A stretch of 64,000 bases of DNA from an uncultured SAR86 cluster bacterium (GCA_902631785.1 CACOZT010000001.1:19453-83452), one strand, 5' to 3'; numbered from the stretch's first letter, positions 31,376-42,153 are shown. Notes: generated by a model not told the origin, from the letters alone. Translations and numbers: made by a program.

Positions 31376-31776
31376 ACTAATGGCAGATTATCCATTCTCC
31401 ACTGATTAATTCCACCTCTTAAAATAAAAATATCTTTTAATCCCTCTTTTTTTAAAGTTTCGCCTGCATTTGGAGATAAATTACCCATTTCACATACAAG
31501 TACAACAGACTTAGTAGAGTTAATAATTTCGTTTGATCTTCTCGAAAGATCGTTCATAGGAATATTGATTGAAGCTGTTATATGACCAGAATTAAAATCT
31601 TCAGAGCTTCTTAGATCAATAATAAATGCCTGATCTTGGTTGGAAAGACTAATTAATGATTGGCAAGATATTTTTGTACCGCCTTTTTTAGAATTTGAAA
31701 TCAAAAATAATATCAAAACAATTACAAGCGGCCCAGAAAAATAATAATGCTCTATTAAAAAATTAATTAGTTCCAT
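31372..31776 (-). CDS. Rhodanese-like protein (YibN-like)
   Basis: N-terminal TM, IIDLR...GHI..SINIP, LRGGINQWRMDNLP. Confidence 0.85.
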   Translation of the reverse strand: MELINFLIEHYYFSGPLVIVLILFLISNSKKGGTKISCQSLISLSNQDQAFIIDLRSSEDFNSGHITASINIPMNDLSRRSNEIINSTKSVVLVCEMGNLSPNAGETLKKEGLKDIFILRGGINQWRMDNLPLV

Positions 31777-31823
31777 ATGTATATTATCTATTAAAATGGT
31801 GAAGATTAATTAAAAAAATATAA

Positions 31824-32447
31824 ATGAAAAATATAAGTTTAATTTTAGTTCGACATGGTCAAAGTGAATGGAATGAAAAAAATCTTTTTACTGGTTGGGA
31901 AAATCCTGGACTTACTGAGAAAGGTGCTAATGAAGCAAAAAATGCTGGGATGTTAATAAATAATCTTAATATCAAATTTGATCATTTATTTACTTCTGTA
32001 TTAGATAGAGCAAAACTTACTGGAACAATTATTTTAGAAAATATAAATCAAAAAGATATAGATATAATCGAAAATAAAGCGCTCAATGAGAGATTTTATG
32101 GCGACCTTCAGGGCCTTAATAAGGATGAGTGCAGACAAAAATGGGGTGCAGAACAAGTTCAAATATGGAGAAGATCATATGACGTGGGTCCACCAGGAGG
32201 AGAATCACTAAAGGAGACTGGAGAGAGAGTTTTGCCATACTACTTAGGTGAAATTTATCCACTTATCCTTGATGGAAAAAATGTTTTAGTTGCAGCTCAT
32301 GGAAATTCTCTTAGGTCATTGATAAAGCATCTAGACAAATTGTCAGCTGACGAAATTGTTAAATTAGAAATACCAACTGGAGCTCCTATTCAATATATTT
32401 TTAATGATCAAGGAGATGTATTAACCAAAAAAAACCTAATTGAATAA
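31824..32447 (+). CDS. gpmA: 2,3-BPG-dependent phosphoglycerate mutase
   Basis: LVRHGQSEWN, LNERFYGDLQG, AHGNSLR. Confidence 0.95.
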   Translation: MKNISLILVRHGQSEWNEKNLFTGWENPGLTEKGANEAKNAGMLINNLNIKFDHLFTSVLDRAKLTGTIILENINQKDIDIIENKALNERFYGDLQGLNKDECRQKWGAEQVQIWRRSYDVGPPGGESLKETGERVLPYYLGEIYPLILDGKNVLVAAHGNSLRSLIKHLDKLSADEIVKLEIPTGAPIQYIFNDQGDVLTKKNLIE

Positions 32448-33459
32448 TTTGAAGCAAAACAACGAAAATTTTTCTCAAATAATACCTCAATGGTATTTAA
32501 CTCAGGGTAGAAATGGTTTGCCTTGGAGAAAAAAGATTTCTCCATACAGAGTATGGATATCTGAAATTATGCTTCAACAAACGCAAGTTAAAACTGTAAT
32601 CCCTTTTTTCAATAAATTTATTAAAAAATTTCCAAACCTAAAATCAATATCTAAAGCATCCGAAGACGAAATTCTAGCGCTTTGGTCAGGCTTAGGATTT
32701 TACAGAAGAGCAAAGAATATATACAAAACAAAAGAAATTATTAAAAGTGAGTTCAAAAATAGATTTCCAAAAAAATTTGAGGAATTGATTCTTTTACCTG
32801 GTATCGGTCGGTCTACAGCTGGTGCGATCATGTCAATTGCATATAACAAACCATATCCAATACTTGATGCAAATGTGAAGAGAGTTATATCTAGGTATAA
32901 AAATATAAATCTTGAACAAAAAGACGCAATAAAATCACTTTGGTCGCTATCAGATATTTACACTCCTTCGGAAAATGTCTTTGAGTATACGCAAGGCATC
33001 ATGGATTTAGGCGCAACAATTTGTCACCTAAGGTCTCCGATGTGCTCAGAGTGTCCTTTAAATCTTTCATGCGAAAGTGCTTTTAAAGAATTTGATGTTA
33101 ATAAAAGAAATAAAAGACAAAAATTAACTAAGAGAATTAATTTTACGTTAGCACATTCAAATCAATCTTTTCTCTTATTTAAAAAAAATGAACAAAGCTT
33201 TTGGGAGAGTTTATGGATACCATATGATAATCAATACCAAGATTTTGATAGGATATTCAAAGAACCAAGAAAAACCAAGATTCAAAATCTCTTTCATCCT
33301 TTATCTCATATTGACCTAGAAATTACTGTCAAAATTTTTGACTATGACAAACCATTCAATATTGATACAAATTTAGAGCATCAATGGATTAACAAATCTC
33401 AAATTAATGATTTTGGATTGCCCAAGCCCATAAAGGCTATAATAGATACATATGTCTAA
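32440..33459 (+). CDS. mutY: A/G-specific adenine glycosylase
   Basis: WISEIMLQQTQV, WSGLGFY, LPGIGRSTAGA, Cx6Cx2Cx5C Fe-S motif. Confidence 0.94.
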   Translation: MNNLKQNNENFSQIIPQWYLTQGRNGLPWRKKISPYRVWISEIMLQQTQVKTVIPFFNKFIKKFPNLKSISKASEDEILALWSGLGFYRRAKNIYKTKEIIKSEFKNRFPKKFEELILLPGIGRSTAGAIMSIAYNKPYPILDANVKRVISRYKNINLEQKDAIKSLWSLSDIYTPSENVFEYTQGIMDLGATICHLRSPMCSECPLNLSCESAFKEFDVNKRNKRQKLTKRINFTLAHSNQSFLLFKKNEQSFWESLWIPYDNQYQDFDRIFKEPRKTKIQNLFHPLSHIDLEITVKIFDYDKPFNIDTNLEHQWINKSQINDFGLPKPIKAIIDTYV

Positions 33460-33721
33460 AAAAATATTTTGTAAAAAACTTAATAAAGAATTACCTGCTC
33501 TAACTATTCCACCAATGCCTGGTCCAAAAGGAATAGAAATAATGAATTCCATCTCTGAAGAAGCTTGGGAAATGTGGAAATCTCATCAAACTACACTCAT
33601 TAATGAGAAGCATTTAGATATGTCAGATCCTGAAAATAGAATATGGCTTCAAGATCAGATGGACAAATTTTTCAATAACGAAGACTACGAAAGTGCTGCT
33701 GGATTTAAGGCGCTCGACTAG
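33452..33721 (+). CDS. yggX: Fe(II)-trafficking oxidative damage protection protein
   Basis: IFCKKL, WKSHQTTLINEKHL; follows mutY. Confidence 0.93.
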   Translation: MSKKIFCKKLNKELPALTIPPMPGPKGIEIMNSISEEAWEMWKSHQTTLINEKHLDMSDPENRIWLQDQMDKFFNNEDYESAAGFKALD

Positions 33722-33817
33722 TAATTTTTTTGCTAAAAAATCTTAAAATTTTTTGATTTACAAACTAAATAAAATAGAGTTTAATTTTCTTAAATAACAG
33801 CCTTTGAGAAAAATCCT

Positions 33818-36421
33818 ATGACTGAAAATTCAAATTCAAAATTTCCATCTGAAGCTGACGTTGTTATTGTTGGTGTTGGAGGTATCGTTGGTTCTATGTT
33901 GGCTTATTGGTTGGCTGAGCTTGGACAAAAAAATATTGTAGGGCTTGAAAAATCAACCATAATTCCATCAGATATTGCATCAACAGCTCATGCCTCTGAT
34001 TTTGTATATAACACAACACACGATAAGTTAGGCTGTTGGACTACCGCATTTAGTAGAAAGTTTTATGAGGATAACGGTTTCTTTTTAAAGAAAGGTGGAC
34101 TTGAAATCTGTAGAAAAGGTGACGATGAGCGATGGGAAGAACTGAAACGAAAAGTTGCATCAGGAAAAGCATTTGGTACAAATGTTAGATTAATATCTGC
34201 TGCTGAGGCAGTTGAAAAATTTCCCTTACTTGAAGAAGATTCTATGATCGGTGCTATGTGGGATCCAGATGCAGGTCTTGTAGTTCCAAGATCGCAAGAA
34301 GTTGTCAACTTTGCTGTTGAAAATGCAAAAGAAAAAGGAGCATTAAAAACATTTACTAATACTCCTGCAACAGGATTTGAAACAGAGAATGGAAAAATTG
34401 TTGCAGTGAAAACTGATAAAGGAACTATAAAGACAGAAAAAGTTGTAATTGCTTCAGGAATTTGGGGGCCATTAATGGGTGATATGGCTGGTGTTGGTGT
34501 TCCACTAATGCCCGTTGAACATCCATTATTATTTTTTGGACCATACGAAGAAATACAAGATACTGAAGAAATGCTTGTTTATCCTCTTCTAAGAGATCAA
34601 GGCAATTCAGCCTATGTTAGAGATACAGGAAAATTCCATGGTGGTATGCTCGAGTGGGGTTTTTATGAGGACAAAAATCCTAGATTAGTTGATCCTGAGG
34701 ATATAGGTAATCCTGATAAAACCATGTTATCTGATTCAATGAGATATTTAGAGTTAGATGAGATCGCAGAGCCATTAGAAAAGGCTTTTGAAACAACACC
34801 AATTCTTAGCGAATTAGGCTGGGATGAAAAAAGCTCATTCAATGGACTTCTTTCTGTAACTGCTGATGCAGGTTCATTGATTGGTGAAAGTCCTGAGGTA
34901 AGAGGTTTTTGGTTGTGTGAAGCTGTTTGGGTGAAAGATGGCCCCGGTTGCGCCAGACTTTGTGCAGAGGCGATGGTTAATGGAAAAACTCAAGTAGACA
35001 TGCATTCTTTTGATATCTCAAGATTCTATCCACATCAAAAAGAAAAAGAGTTTGTTAAAACAAGAGCGTTTGAAAACTCTCAAACTATATATACACCTGC
35101 TGTTCATCCTAGAGAGCCTTACATTACTCAAAGAGAAATGTTTGTAAGTCCATTCTATGAGAGAGAAAAAGAATTAGGTGGACACTTTGAAAACGAAGTA
35201 GCTGGTTGGGAAAGAGCTTTAGCTTATATTAGCAATAGAGAAAAGCTTGATAATTATCTTAAAGAAGTGCCTTTACGAGAAAATGAGTGGGACACGCGAC
35301 ATGTTCCATATGATGTTGCTAATGCTGAACATCTTGCGATGAGTGATTCTGTTGGCATGATTAATTTATCTCATTTTCCAATAATGGATATAAAGGGTCC
35401 AGATGCTGAACGCATGCTGGAATATTTATCAGTGGCTAAGGTTGGTGGTAATACTCCTGAGGGTAAAGTTATTTATACAAACTTCTTAGATGAAGATGGT
35501 GGAGTTCATGCAGATCTTACTATTTCACGTCTAGGTTCTGATAGTTACAGAGTTGTAACAGGTGGTGCTGATGGAAACCGTGACTGGGTTACATTAAGAA
35601 ATTATAGAGACGATAATGGATTGAATGCAGATATAAATATAAGAACTCATGATATTGCAACTATAGGATTATGGGGACCAAAAGCTGTAAATGCTCTTGG
35701 TAATTTTATTGATCCTAATGAAATTGATATTAAGAGTTTTCCGTTTGTAACTGCAAAAAATTTGACACTCAATTTGTCAGGAGGAAAGAAAGTCGATGTT
35801 TGGGCGGCTAGAATTTCGTATGTTGGCGAAAGTGGATGGGAAATTTACTTTGATAATAATAAAGAAGATGGTTTGGCTTTATATGATTCATTGCTTGAAG
35901 TTGGCGTGGTTCCAGTTGGCATTGAAACATATGCTAATAGTAGAAGGCTAGAGAAAAGTTTTAGACTTCAAGGCGCAGATCTTGAAACAGAATACACTGC
36001 AATTGAAGCAGCTATTCAAAGACCTCTTGTTAAAGAAGCTGATTTCCATGGGAAAGCAGCTCATCTTTCACAAAGAGAAGAAGATCCATGTGCAATTCTA
36101 TGTACAATGACATTAGATGATTTGGATGTATCTGGAAATACAAGATACCCTGTTGGCATCTCACCAATTATTGATCCTGCAACAGGTGAGGTACCAATAG
36201 ATAGCAAAGGTAGAAGATCATATACAACTGGAATGTCTTATTGTCCCTCTCTAAAGAAATTTGTTGTTATGGGCTATCTCCCAAAAGAGATTGCAATTCA
36301 AGGCAAGTCGCTTCTAATCGAATACTTTAATGAAGATGGGGACGGTTTATATCCTATGACTGTTCAAATAGTTGGCAAGGGATCTCTTTATGATCCTACT
36401 AACGAAAGAGTTCGAGCTTAA
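33818..36421 (+). CDS. FAD-dependent oxidoreductase with GcvT folate-binding C-terminus (dimethylglycine/sarcosine dehydrogenase family)
   Basis: N-terminal DAO-type FAD domain, GWER, GLWGP, RISYVGESGWE, RLEKSFR; 867 aa. Confidence 0.85.
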   Translation: MTENSNSKFPSEADVVIVGVGGIVGSMLAYWLAELGQKNIVGLEKSTIIPSDIASTAHASDFVYNTTHDKLGCWTTAFSRKFYEDNGFFLKKGGLEICRKGDDERWEELKRKVASGKAFGTNVRLISAAEAVEKFPLLEEDSMIGAMWDPDAGLVVPRSQEVVNFAVENAKEKGALKTFTNTPATGFETENGKIVAVKTDKGTIKTEKVVIASGIWGPLMGDMAGVGVPLMPVEHPLLFFGPYEEIQDTEEMLVYPLLRDQGNSAYVRDTGKFHGGMLEWGFYEDKNPRLVDPEDIGNPDKTMLSDSMRYLELDEIAEPLEKAFETTPILSELGWDEKSSFNGLLSVTADAGSLIGESPEVRGFWLCEAVWVKDGPGCARLCAEAMVNGKTQVDMHSFDISRFYPHQKEKEFVKTRAFENSQTIYTPAVHPREPYITQREMFVSPFYEREKELGGHFENEVAGWERALAYISNREKLDNYLKEVPLRENEWDTRHVPYDVANAEHLAMSDSVGMINLSHFPIMDIKGPDAERMLEYLSVAKVGGNTPEGKVIYTNFLDEDGGVHADLTISRLGSDSYRVVTGGADGNRDWVTLRNYRDDNGLNADINIRTHDIATIGLWGPKAVNALGNFIDPNEIDIKSFPFVTAKNLTLNLSGGKKVDVWAARISYVGESGWEIYFDNNKEDGLALYDSLLEVGVVPVGIETYANSRRLEKSFRLQGADLETEYTAIEAAIQRPLVKEADFHGKAAHLSQREEDPCAILCTMTLDDLDVSGNTRYPVGISPIIDPATGEVPIDSKGRRSYTTGMSYCPSLKKFVVMGYLPKEIAIQGKSLLIEYFNEDGDGLYPMTVQIVGKGSLYDPTNERVRA

Positions 36422-36434
36422 CCAATTGTACTTA

Positions 36435-36463
36435 ATGACAACAGTTGTAAACTTGCCTATAAT
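36435..36463 (+). promoter_or_regulatory. sigma70 promoter of tRNA-Phe
   Basis: ATGACA-17bp-TATAAT, 16 nt upstream of the tRNA. Confidence 0.7.
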
Positions 36464-36479
36464 CCAAAGTTCAATTTAA

Positions 36480-36555
36480 GCCCAGATAGCTCAGTTGGTA
36501 GAGCAAAGGACTGAAAATCCTTGTGTCGGTGGTTCGATCCCACCTCTGGGCACCA
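36480..36555 (+). tRNA. tRNA-Phe (GAA)
   Basis: 76-nt cloverleaf: GCCCAGA/TCTGGGC acceptor stem, anticodon loop CTGAAAA, GGTTCGATCC T-loop, encoded CCA. Confidence 0.97.
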
Positions 36556-36599
36556 TTAGTATCCTGTGATTTCTGGGTAGTTTGTATTATTATTTAATA

Positions 36600-37079
36600 A
36601 TGAAGTTATTTTTACTCCTTTGCATAAGTTTTTCGCTAAACATTTTTACTGGTTATTTAGTTAATGAAACATTGGTGGATGAATTTACTGACGAAGAATC
36701 AGTTGCATTAACTTTTACAGCTGATGACGACATGGAAATTTTTAGAAAATGGGGTCAGATTGTTTGTAATCAAGGTTCTTTATTGCTTGGTATTGAAGAT
36801 ACAGATTCTTGGCATTTTGAAGATTATATTAGAGTAAAGTTTAGATTTGATAAAAAGCAACCATTTGAATATGTATTAGATTTTGATTCAGACTCATCTT
36901 TTGCATATACATACTCTGAAGAAATAATATTTACTGTACTGGACGAATTAAGAGGCTCTAAAAGCTTTTTAATTCAATTAGAAGCTACAGATGAACCAAT
37001 GAGATTTACAAATATTTATGATTCTGAGAAAAAGGTAGTTAAATTTTTAGATGATCTCGTTGTAAAATCAAACTGTTAA
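36600..37079 (+). CDS. Hypothetical secreted protein
   Basis: Signal-peptide-like MKLFLLLCISFSL; acidic; directly after the tRNA. Confidence 0.65.
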   Translation: MKLFLLLCISFSLNIFTGYLVNETLVDEFTDEESVALTFTADDDMEIFRKWGQIVCNQGSLLLGIEDTDSWHFEDYIRVKFRFDKKQPFEYVLDFDSDSSFAYTYSEEIIFTVLDELRGSKSFLIQLEATDEPMRFTNIYDSEKKVVKFLDDLVVKSNC

Positions 37080-38230
37080 ACACTCCAGGATTTATCAATC
37101 TTAATTTTTGCATCCTTCATGCCAAATGATTCATAGATTTCCATCAGGAGTTTCTTATGATTTATACTTTTACTCTCAGGAGCTATAACCCCCCTTTCAG
37201 ATATTTCATTCTTAAGAAACATTTTAAGACCTAATGACAGAGGATTAGCTGTTGCTTCACCCATCGTAAGCTCTCTTGTTATTGTTCCATCAAGCGATAC
37301 TCCAACAGTTTCCTCATTGCCATTTTTTAGTCCGACCGCTAAAGCATAAATCTCTGGTAAAGAGTTTTCTTGAATATGGTTTTGAGAGCTTTCTTTTCTT
37401 TCAAGCCACTCTAAAAATCTTGCAGCTATATTTTTTGATAGTATTTTAAGACTAATTAGTAGTCTTATAATTCTCAAAACAAATATTGTCGATTTATTTC
37501 CATGAGCAAGATTGACTGAGTTTGTAATATCTTTGTGATGATATGGAAATGTTATTGCCTCAGGATGGCCAAAAATATATGCATTATAAGTTCCATGATT
37601 AGGGTATGAAACTTTTAATTTTTTTAAAGGGTTAACCATCTTAAAACTCTTATCCTTAAATATCTTTACTTTTCCTGAAATTTGCTCGATACCGTGAATC
37701 ATGGCGGCATTTGTTTCTTTTTGTGAAGATATGTCCTCTGGTTGGGCCTCTTCTAGATTCCAGCCAGTATAAATTGTATGAGCCTTATCAAGATTGTCTA
37801 TTGCAATCTTTCCTAACAAATTTGTGATACCTGGACTAGCTCCAAGACCTAGTATAGCTAAAAGATTTTTTTCTTTTGCTTTGCTGTTAAGCTCTAGCAT
37901 CCTCTCTGTTGGCTCCCAGTCATCACAAATATCCATGTAATGACAGTTAGCATCAAGTGAAGTTTGAAGTATTTTATATCCAAACTTAAAGAATGGTCCT
38001 ACAGTATTTAGAACAATATCATAATTAGATAGGATGCTTAATAATTTTTCAGTATCATTGATGTCAACACCAACTCCCTTTGTATGCGGGCCTAACTCAG
38101 AAGCAAGGATTTCAGCATCTTCTATATTCAAATCTGCAATACCAAGATTATCAATTTCTTGAAATGATGAGATTGATTTCGCAACATACCTGCCCATTCC
38201 ACCGCAGGCACCTAAAATTATTACTTTCAT
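37076..38230 (-). CDS. Saccharopine dehydrogenase family oxidoreductase
   Basis: LGACGGMG, NTVGPF, YMDICDD, GLGASPGITN, GHPE. Confidence 0.85.
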   Translation of the reverse strand: MKVIILGACGGMGRYVAKSISSFQEIDNLGIADLNIEDAEILASELGPHTKGVGVDINDTEKLLSILSNYDIVLNTVGPFFKFGYKILQTSLDANCHYMDICDDWEPTERMLELNSKAKEKNLLAILGLGASPGITNLLGKIAIDNLDKAHTIYTGWNLEEAQPEDISSQKETNAAMIHGIEQISGKVKIFKDKSFKMVNPLKKLKVSYPNHGTYNAYIFGHPEAITFPYHHKDITNSVNLAHGNKSTIFVLRIIRLLISLKILSKNIAARFLEWLERKESSQNHIQENSLPEIYALAVGLKNGNEETVGVSLDGTITRELTMGEATANPLSLGLKMFLKNEISERGVIAPESKSINHKKLLMEIYESFGMKDAKIKIDKSWSV

Positions 38231-38264
38231 TTTTATGTGTCTTAAAGAAGGTTACAATACATAC

Positions 38265-39242
38265 ATGATATCAAAACAACAAAAACCAACAAACTCTGGA
38301 TTTCACTCAAAAACAAATGCTGATGAGATCATAAAAGGAATAGATATTACTAATAAAATCGCTATTGTAACTGGTGGATATTCAGGAATTGGTCTTGAAA
38401 CTACAAGAGCACTAGTTAATGCAGGAGCAAAGGTCATAATACCTGCTAAAAGAACAGAGATAGCTTGTAAAAATCTTGAAGGCATAGTTCCAAATGAAGA
38501 TATAGTTGAAATGAATCTTGGAAATCTAAATTCTGTTAAAAAATTTACAGAGGATTTTAAAGAAAACTTTAAGAAATTAGATCTATTGATTAACAATGCT
38601 GGCATTATGGCCTGCCCAGAAACTAGGATAGGCAACAATTGGGAGAGTCAATTTGCTGTAAATCACATTGGTCATTTTTTACTAACAAAAGAATTAATGA
38701 ATACTATGGCTGAAACTGATGGTGCTAGATTTGTTAGCCTTTCATCCTCAGCGCATTCTCTTACCGGAATACTCTGGGATGATATTCACTTTGAAACTAA
38801 TTCATATGACAAGTGGATGGCATATGGTCAGTCTAAAACAGCATCTTCACTAATTGCAATTGAATTTCATAAAAGAATGATAGATAAAGGTGTATCTGGT
38901 TATTCCGTTCATCCAGGTGGTATTCTTACACCTCTTCAACGTCATCTTCAAAAAGAAGAAATGGTGGCTTTGGGTTGGATGGATGAGGATGGAGCGCCAT
39001 CAGAAATGGCAAAGAATTTCTTTAAAACAACCAGTCAAGGTGCATCAACTACTCTTTGGTGTGCTACAAGCTCAAGTCTTAATGAAATTGGTGGAGTATT
39101 TTGTGAAGACTGTGATGTTGCCAAAAGAAAAAATGAAGTAGATGAGTCTCTTCAAAGATATTTTGGTGTAGCCGATTGGGCCATAGACACCGATGAGGCA
39201 TCAAAATTATGGGATATCACTGAAAAGATGCTTGCATCGTGA
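38265..39242 (+). CDS. SDR oxidoreductase (retinol dehydrogenase-like)
   Basis: VTGGYSGIG, LINNAGIM, NHIGHF, YGQSK, VHPG. Confidence 0.88.
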   Translation: MISKQQKPTNSGFHSKTNADEIIKGIDITNKIAIVTGGYSGIGLETTRALVNAGAKVIIPAKRTEIACKNLEGIVPNEDIVEMNLGNLNSVKKFTEDFKENFKKLDLLINNAGIMACPETRIGNNWESQFAVNHIGHFLLTKELMNTMAETDGARFVSLSSSAHSLTGILWDDIHFETNSYDKWMAYGQSKTASSLIAIEFHKRMIDKGVSGYSVHPGGILTPLQRHLQKEEMVALGWMDEDGAPSEMAKNFFKTTSQGASTTLWCATSSSLNEIGGVFCEDCDVAKRKNEVDESLQRYFGVADWAIDTDEASKLWDITEKMLAS

Positions 39243-40201
39243 GTCAAACAAAAACACTTTTTGAAAATATCGAGCCATATTCAACAGGTTATTTAGAGGT
39301 TGATGAGCATAAGATTTATTATGAAGAATGTGGAAATCCTGACGGAAAGCCTGCTGTTTTTCTTCATGGAGGTCCGGGTGGTGGAGGAAGCACAAAAGTA
39401 AGAGGATTTTTTAACCCCGACTTATTTAGAATCATAATATTTGATCAACGTGGCTGTGGCAGAAGTCATCCTCATGCTTGTTTAAACAATAATACAACTT
39501 GGGATTTGGTCGAAGATATTGAAAAGCTTAAAAAACAATTAGAAATAAAAAAATGGCTTGTTTTTGGTGGTTCTTGGGGAAGTACACTTTCATTGGCATA
39601 TGCTCAAACGTATCCTAATTCAGTTTCAGAGCTAGTTCTAAGAGGTATCTTTATGTTGAGAGATAAGGAACTAAAATGGTTTTATCAGGATGGAGCTAGC
39701 AGAATATTTCCAGAGGCCTGGGAAGGATTTTTGAAACCAATTAAAGAAGAAAAAAGACATGATTTAATGGATGCATACTACAAAATTTTCATAGGAGATG
39801 ATGAACAAAAGAAAATGGAAGCAGCAGTAGCATGGTCAAAATGGGAGGGATCTGTAAGCACGCTCAGTTATAAACCTGACATGATTTCATCATATTCTGA
39901 ATCTAAATTTGCTTTAGCCTTTGCGCTTATTGAAAATCATTATTTTATTAATAAGGGTTTTCTTAAAAGTGAAAATCAATTAATTGCATCAGAATCTATT
40001 GATAGAATTCGTCATATACCTGCAAAAATAATTCAAGGTAGATATGATATTGTTTGTCCTATGGAAACAGCATGGGAACTTTCAAAAAATTGGCCTGAGG
40101 CAGAATTAATAGTTGCGCCCTCCTCCGGGCATAGTGCATTTGAAAGAGAAATAACTCATGAACTTATTAAAGCAACAGAGGAATTTGCACAAAATGGATA
40201 A
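39239..40201 (+). CDS. pip: Proline iminopeptidase
   Basis: HGGPG, DQRGCGRS, GGSWGSTL, LRGIF, QGRYD, GHS. Confidence 0.95.
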   Translation: MSQTKTLFENIEPYSTGYLEVDEHKIYYEECGNPDGKPAVFLHGGPGGGGSTKVRGFFNPDLFRIIIFDQRGCGRSHPHACLNNNTTWDLVEDIEKLKKQLEIKKWLVFGGSWGSTLSLAYAQTYPNSVSELVLRGIFMLRDKELKWFYQDGASRIFPEAWEGFLKPIKEEKRHDLMDAYYKIFIGDDEQKKMEAAVAWSKWEGSVSTLSYKPDMISSYSESKFALAFALIENHYFINKGFLKSENQLIASESIDRIRHIPAKIIQGRYDIVCPMETAWELSKNWPEAELIVAPSSGHSAFEREITHELIKATEEFAQNG

Positions 40202-40613
40202 ATTGAGTGGTAATTGTGAATGTAAGAAAGTTTCATTCACTCTTAGCAATGAAATTACTTATTTTTCACATTGTCATTGCTCACAATGCAGAAGATGTCA
40301 TGGTTCAGCATTTGGTAGTTATGTAGAGATAGAAAGATCATCTTTTGAATATACTTCTGGTGTAAACAATATAAAAATATTTCCATCATCAAAGCTGTGT
40401 GAGCGCATATTCTGCAAAGATTGTGGATCAAACATTATGTTTATCAACAAGGCAATTCCTGACAAATATTATGTATCGATTGGTGTTATCAATGGAAATC
40501 CTAAACTACCTGAAGCTCATCATATATTTGTTGGTTCAAAAGCATCATGGGATAAAATTAATGATGGTTTAAAACAATACGAAGAATATCCTATCAATAA
40601 CAATAATGAATAA
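40194..40613 (+). CDS. GFA (CENP-V) family zinc protein
   Basis: CxC, CHCSQCRR, FCKDCGS, HIFVGSKASW. Confidence 0.88.
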   Translation: MDKLSGNCECKKVSFTLSNEITYFSHCHCSQCRRCHGSAFGSYVEIERSSFEYTSGVNNIKIFPSSKLCERIFCKDCGSNIMFINKAIPDKYYVSIGVINGNPKLPEAHHIFVGSKASWDKINDGLKQYEEYPINNNNE

Positions 40614-41100
40614 CATAAGTTTTATAGGTATGGCGGCTTGTGGTAAATCTACAGTTGGAAAAGCGGTTGCAGAAAAGCTTAATGATAATTTTGTTGATAC
40701 TGATTTACTTATAGAGCAAAAACATGGTGCGTCTCTTGAAGAGATAAAAAATAAGTATGGTTATAAATTTGTAAGGGCCGAAGAAGAAAAAGTAATACTT
40801 AATCTAAATTCTTCAAATAAAATAATATCCACTGGAGGCAGTGCAGTCTATTCACAAGAGTCAATGATGCACTTAGGAACATTTTCAAAAATTATATACA
40901 TTAATACGCCGCTTGAAATAATTATGAAAAGAATCGATGTTGGTCAAAAAAGAGGCCTTGCGGTGCCTGAAGGGATGCCTATTCCAGATATTTACAATGA
41001 AAGAGAGCCTTTATATCAAAAATATTCTGAGATTACTCTAGATGGGTCAATGACAATTCAACAGCTTGTTGATGAAGTTTTAAAACATTTTCATGAGTAA
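40606..41100 (+). CDS. aroK: Shikimate kinase
   Basis: GMAACGKST, DTD, STGGS, R.PLY. Confidence 0.85.
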   Translation: MNNISFIGMAACGKSTVGKAVAEKLNDNFVDTDLLIEQKHGASLEEIKNKYGYKFVRAEEEKVILNLNSSNKIISTGGSAVYSQESMMHLGTFSKIIYINTPLEIIMKRIDVGQKRGLAVPEGMPIPDIYNEREPLYQKYSEITLDGSMTIQQLVDEVLKHFHE

Positions 41101-41764
41101 AAAAATTTTAATTGTTGGTGCTTCTGGTTTAGTTGGCAGTGAAATACTTAAAAACTTAAAATCAACTAATAATGACCTAATTGTATTAAGTAGAAGAAAA
41201 CTTTTAGATGAAAATAATATTAGTCAAATAATTATTGATTTTGAAAATATTGACTCTCTAAGTGTTGACACTGAAATAGATGAGATTTATATCGCAATTG
41301 GTTTTAGATTAAGCCTTTCTGAGCTTGTATTTATTAAAAGAGATAATAGAAGAAATTTCGTTAATGTCGATTTTCACTACATCAAAAAAGTTGCAGAATT
41401 TGCAAAGCGTTGTGGAGCTAGTTCAATTGGCATGATATCCGCAATTGGAGCAAATTCTAACTCTTTAAATACATACTTAAAAATTAAAGGTGATGTCGAG
41501 AACGAAATTAAGTTAATGGGATATAAAAAAATCATAATTGCTCATCCAAGTCATTTGTTAGGCGAGCGTCCCAATGAGGAAATTCCAACAAATGTAAAAG
41601 TATTTGAAAAAATAACCAACTTTTTTGGTTTCCTCATGATTGGACCTCTTCAAAAATTTAAAAATATAGACGCAAAAAAAGTGGCTAAAGGAATTATTTC
41701 AAAAATGGGTTCAGTTGAAGACGGCATCCACTATATAGACTATAAATATTTCAAAAATTTTTAA
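41093..41764 (+). CDS. NAD(P)-binding protein (YraR/TIP30-like)
   Basis: GASGLVG, ISAIGA, YLKIKG, PSHLLGER. Confidence 0.8.
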   Translation: MSKKILIVGASGLVGSEILKNLKSTNNDLIVLSRRKLLDENNISQIIIDFENIDSLSVDTEIDEIYIAIGFRLSLSELVFIKRDNRRNFVNVDFHYIKKVAEFAKRCGASSIGMISAIGANSNSLNTYLKIKGDVENEIKLMGYKKIIIAHPSHLLGERPNEEIPTNVKVFEKITNFFGFLMIGPLQKFKNIDAKKVAKGIISKMGSVEDGIHYIDYKYFKNF

Positions 41765-42023
41765 TCCTCTTATTTTTAGTTTTAATAATTTTTTTTATTC
41801 CGTTGCATGCATTGAGAAGCCAAAATGCATTTGCAAAAACAAAATAATACAAACCTAAATATAGTTGAACAATTATTGCGAAAAAGCTGCCAGCAATAAC
41901 TGCAGAAAGCCCTACCATTCTTTTTTTAGCTTTTTTTGACACAACAAGAGGTGCGGCTATCAAAGTACCGAAAAAAACACTTAATAATTGAATTAAATCT
42001 AGCATATCCATACTAATAAACAT
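41751..42023 (-). CDS. Small hypothetical membrane protein
   Basis: About three hydrophobic segments, basic tail; fills the gap. Confidence 0.55.
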   Translation of the reverse strand: MFISMDMLDLIQLLSVFFGTLIAAPLVVSKKAKKRMVGLSAVIAGSFFAIIVQLYLGLYYFVFANAFWLLNACNGIKKIIKTKNKRIKNF

Positions 42024-42153
42024 TCAGAATATGCTCATTAGTATGAATATTGGCGCACATTATGAATACTTAAAATCAAAAGTAAAGATTTTTTTGGAAC
42101 TTTTATAAAAAGAATGTAACCTAATATACATAAATAAATTTGAGGTAATATTT

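Noticed and set aside
42024-42070. Imperfect inverted and direct repeats (TATGAATA twice) in a divergent intergenic region
   Set aside because: Short, AT-rich and imperfect; could be chance
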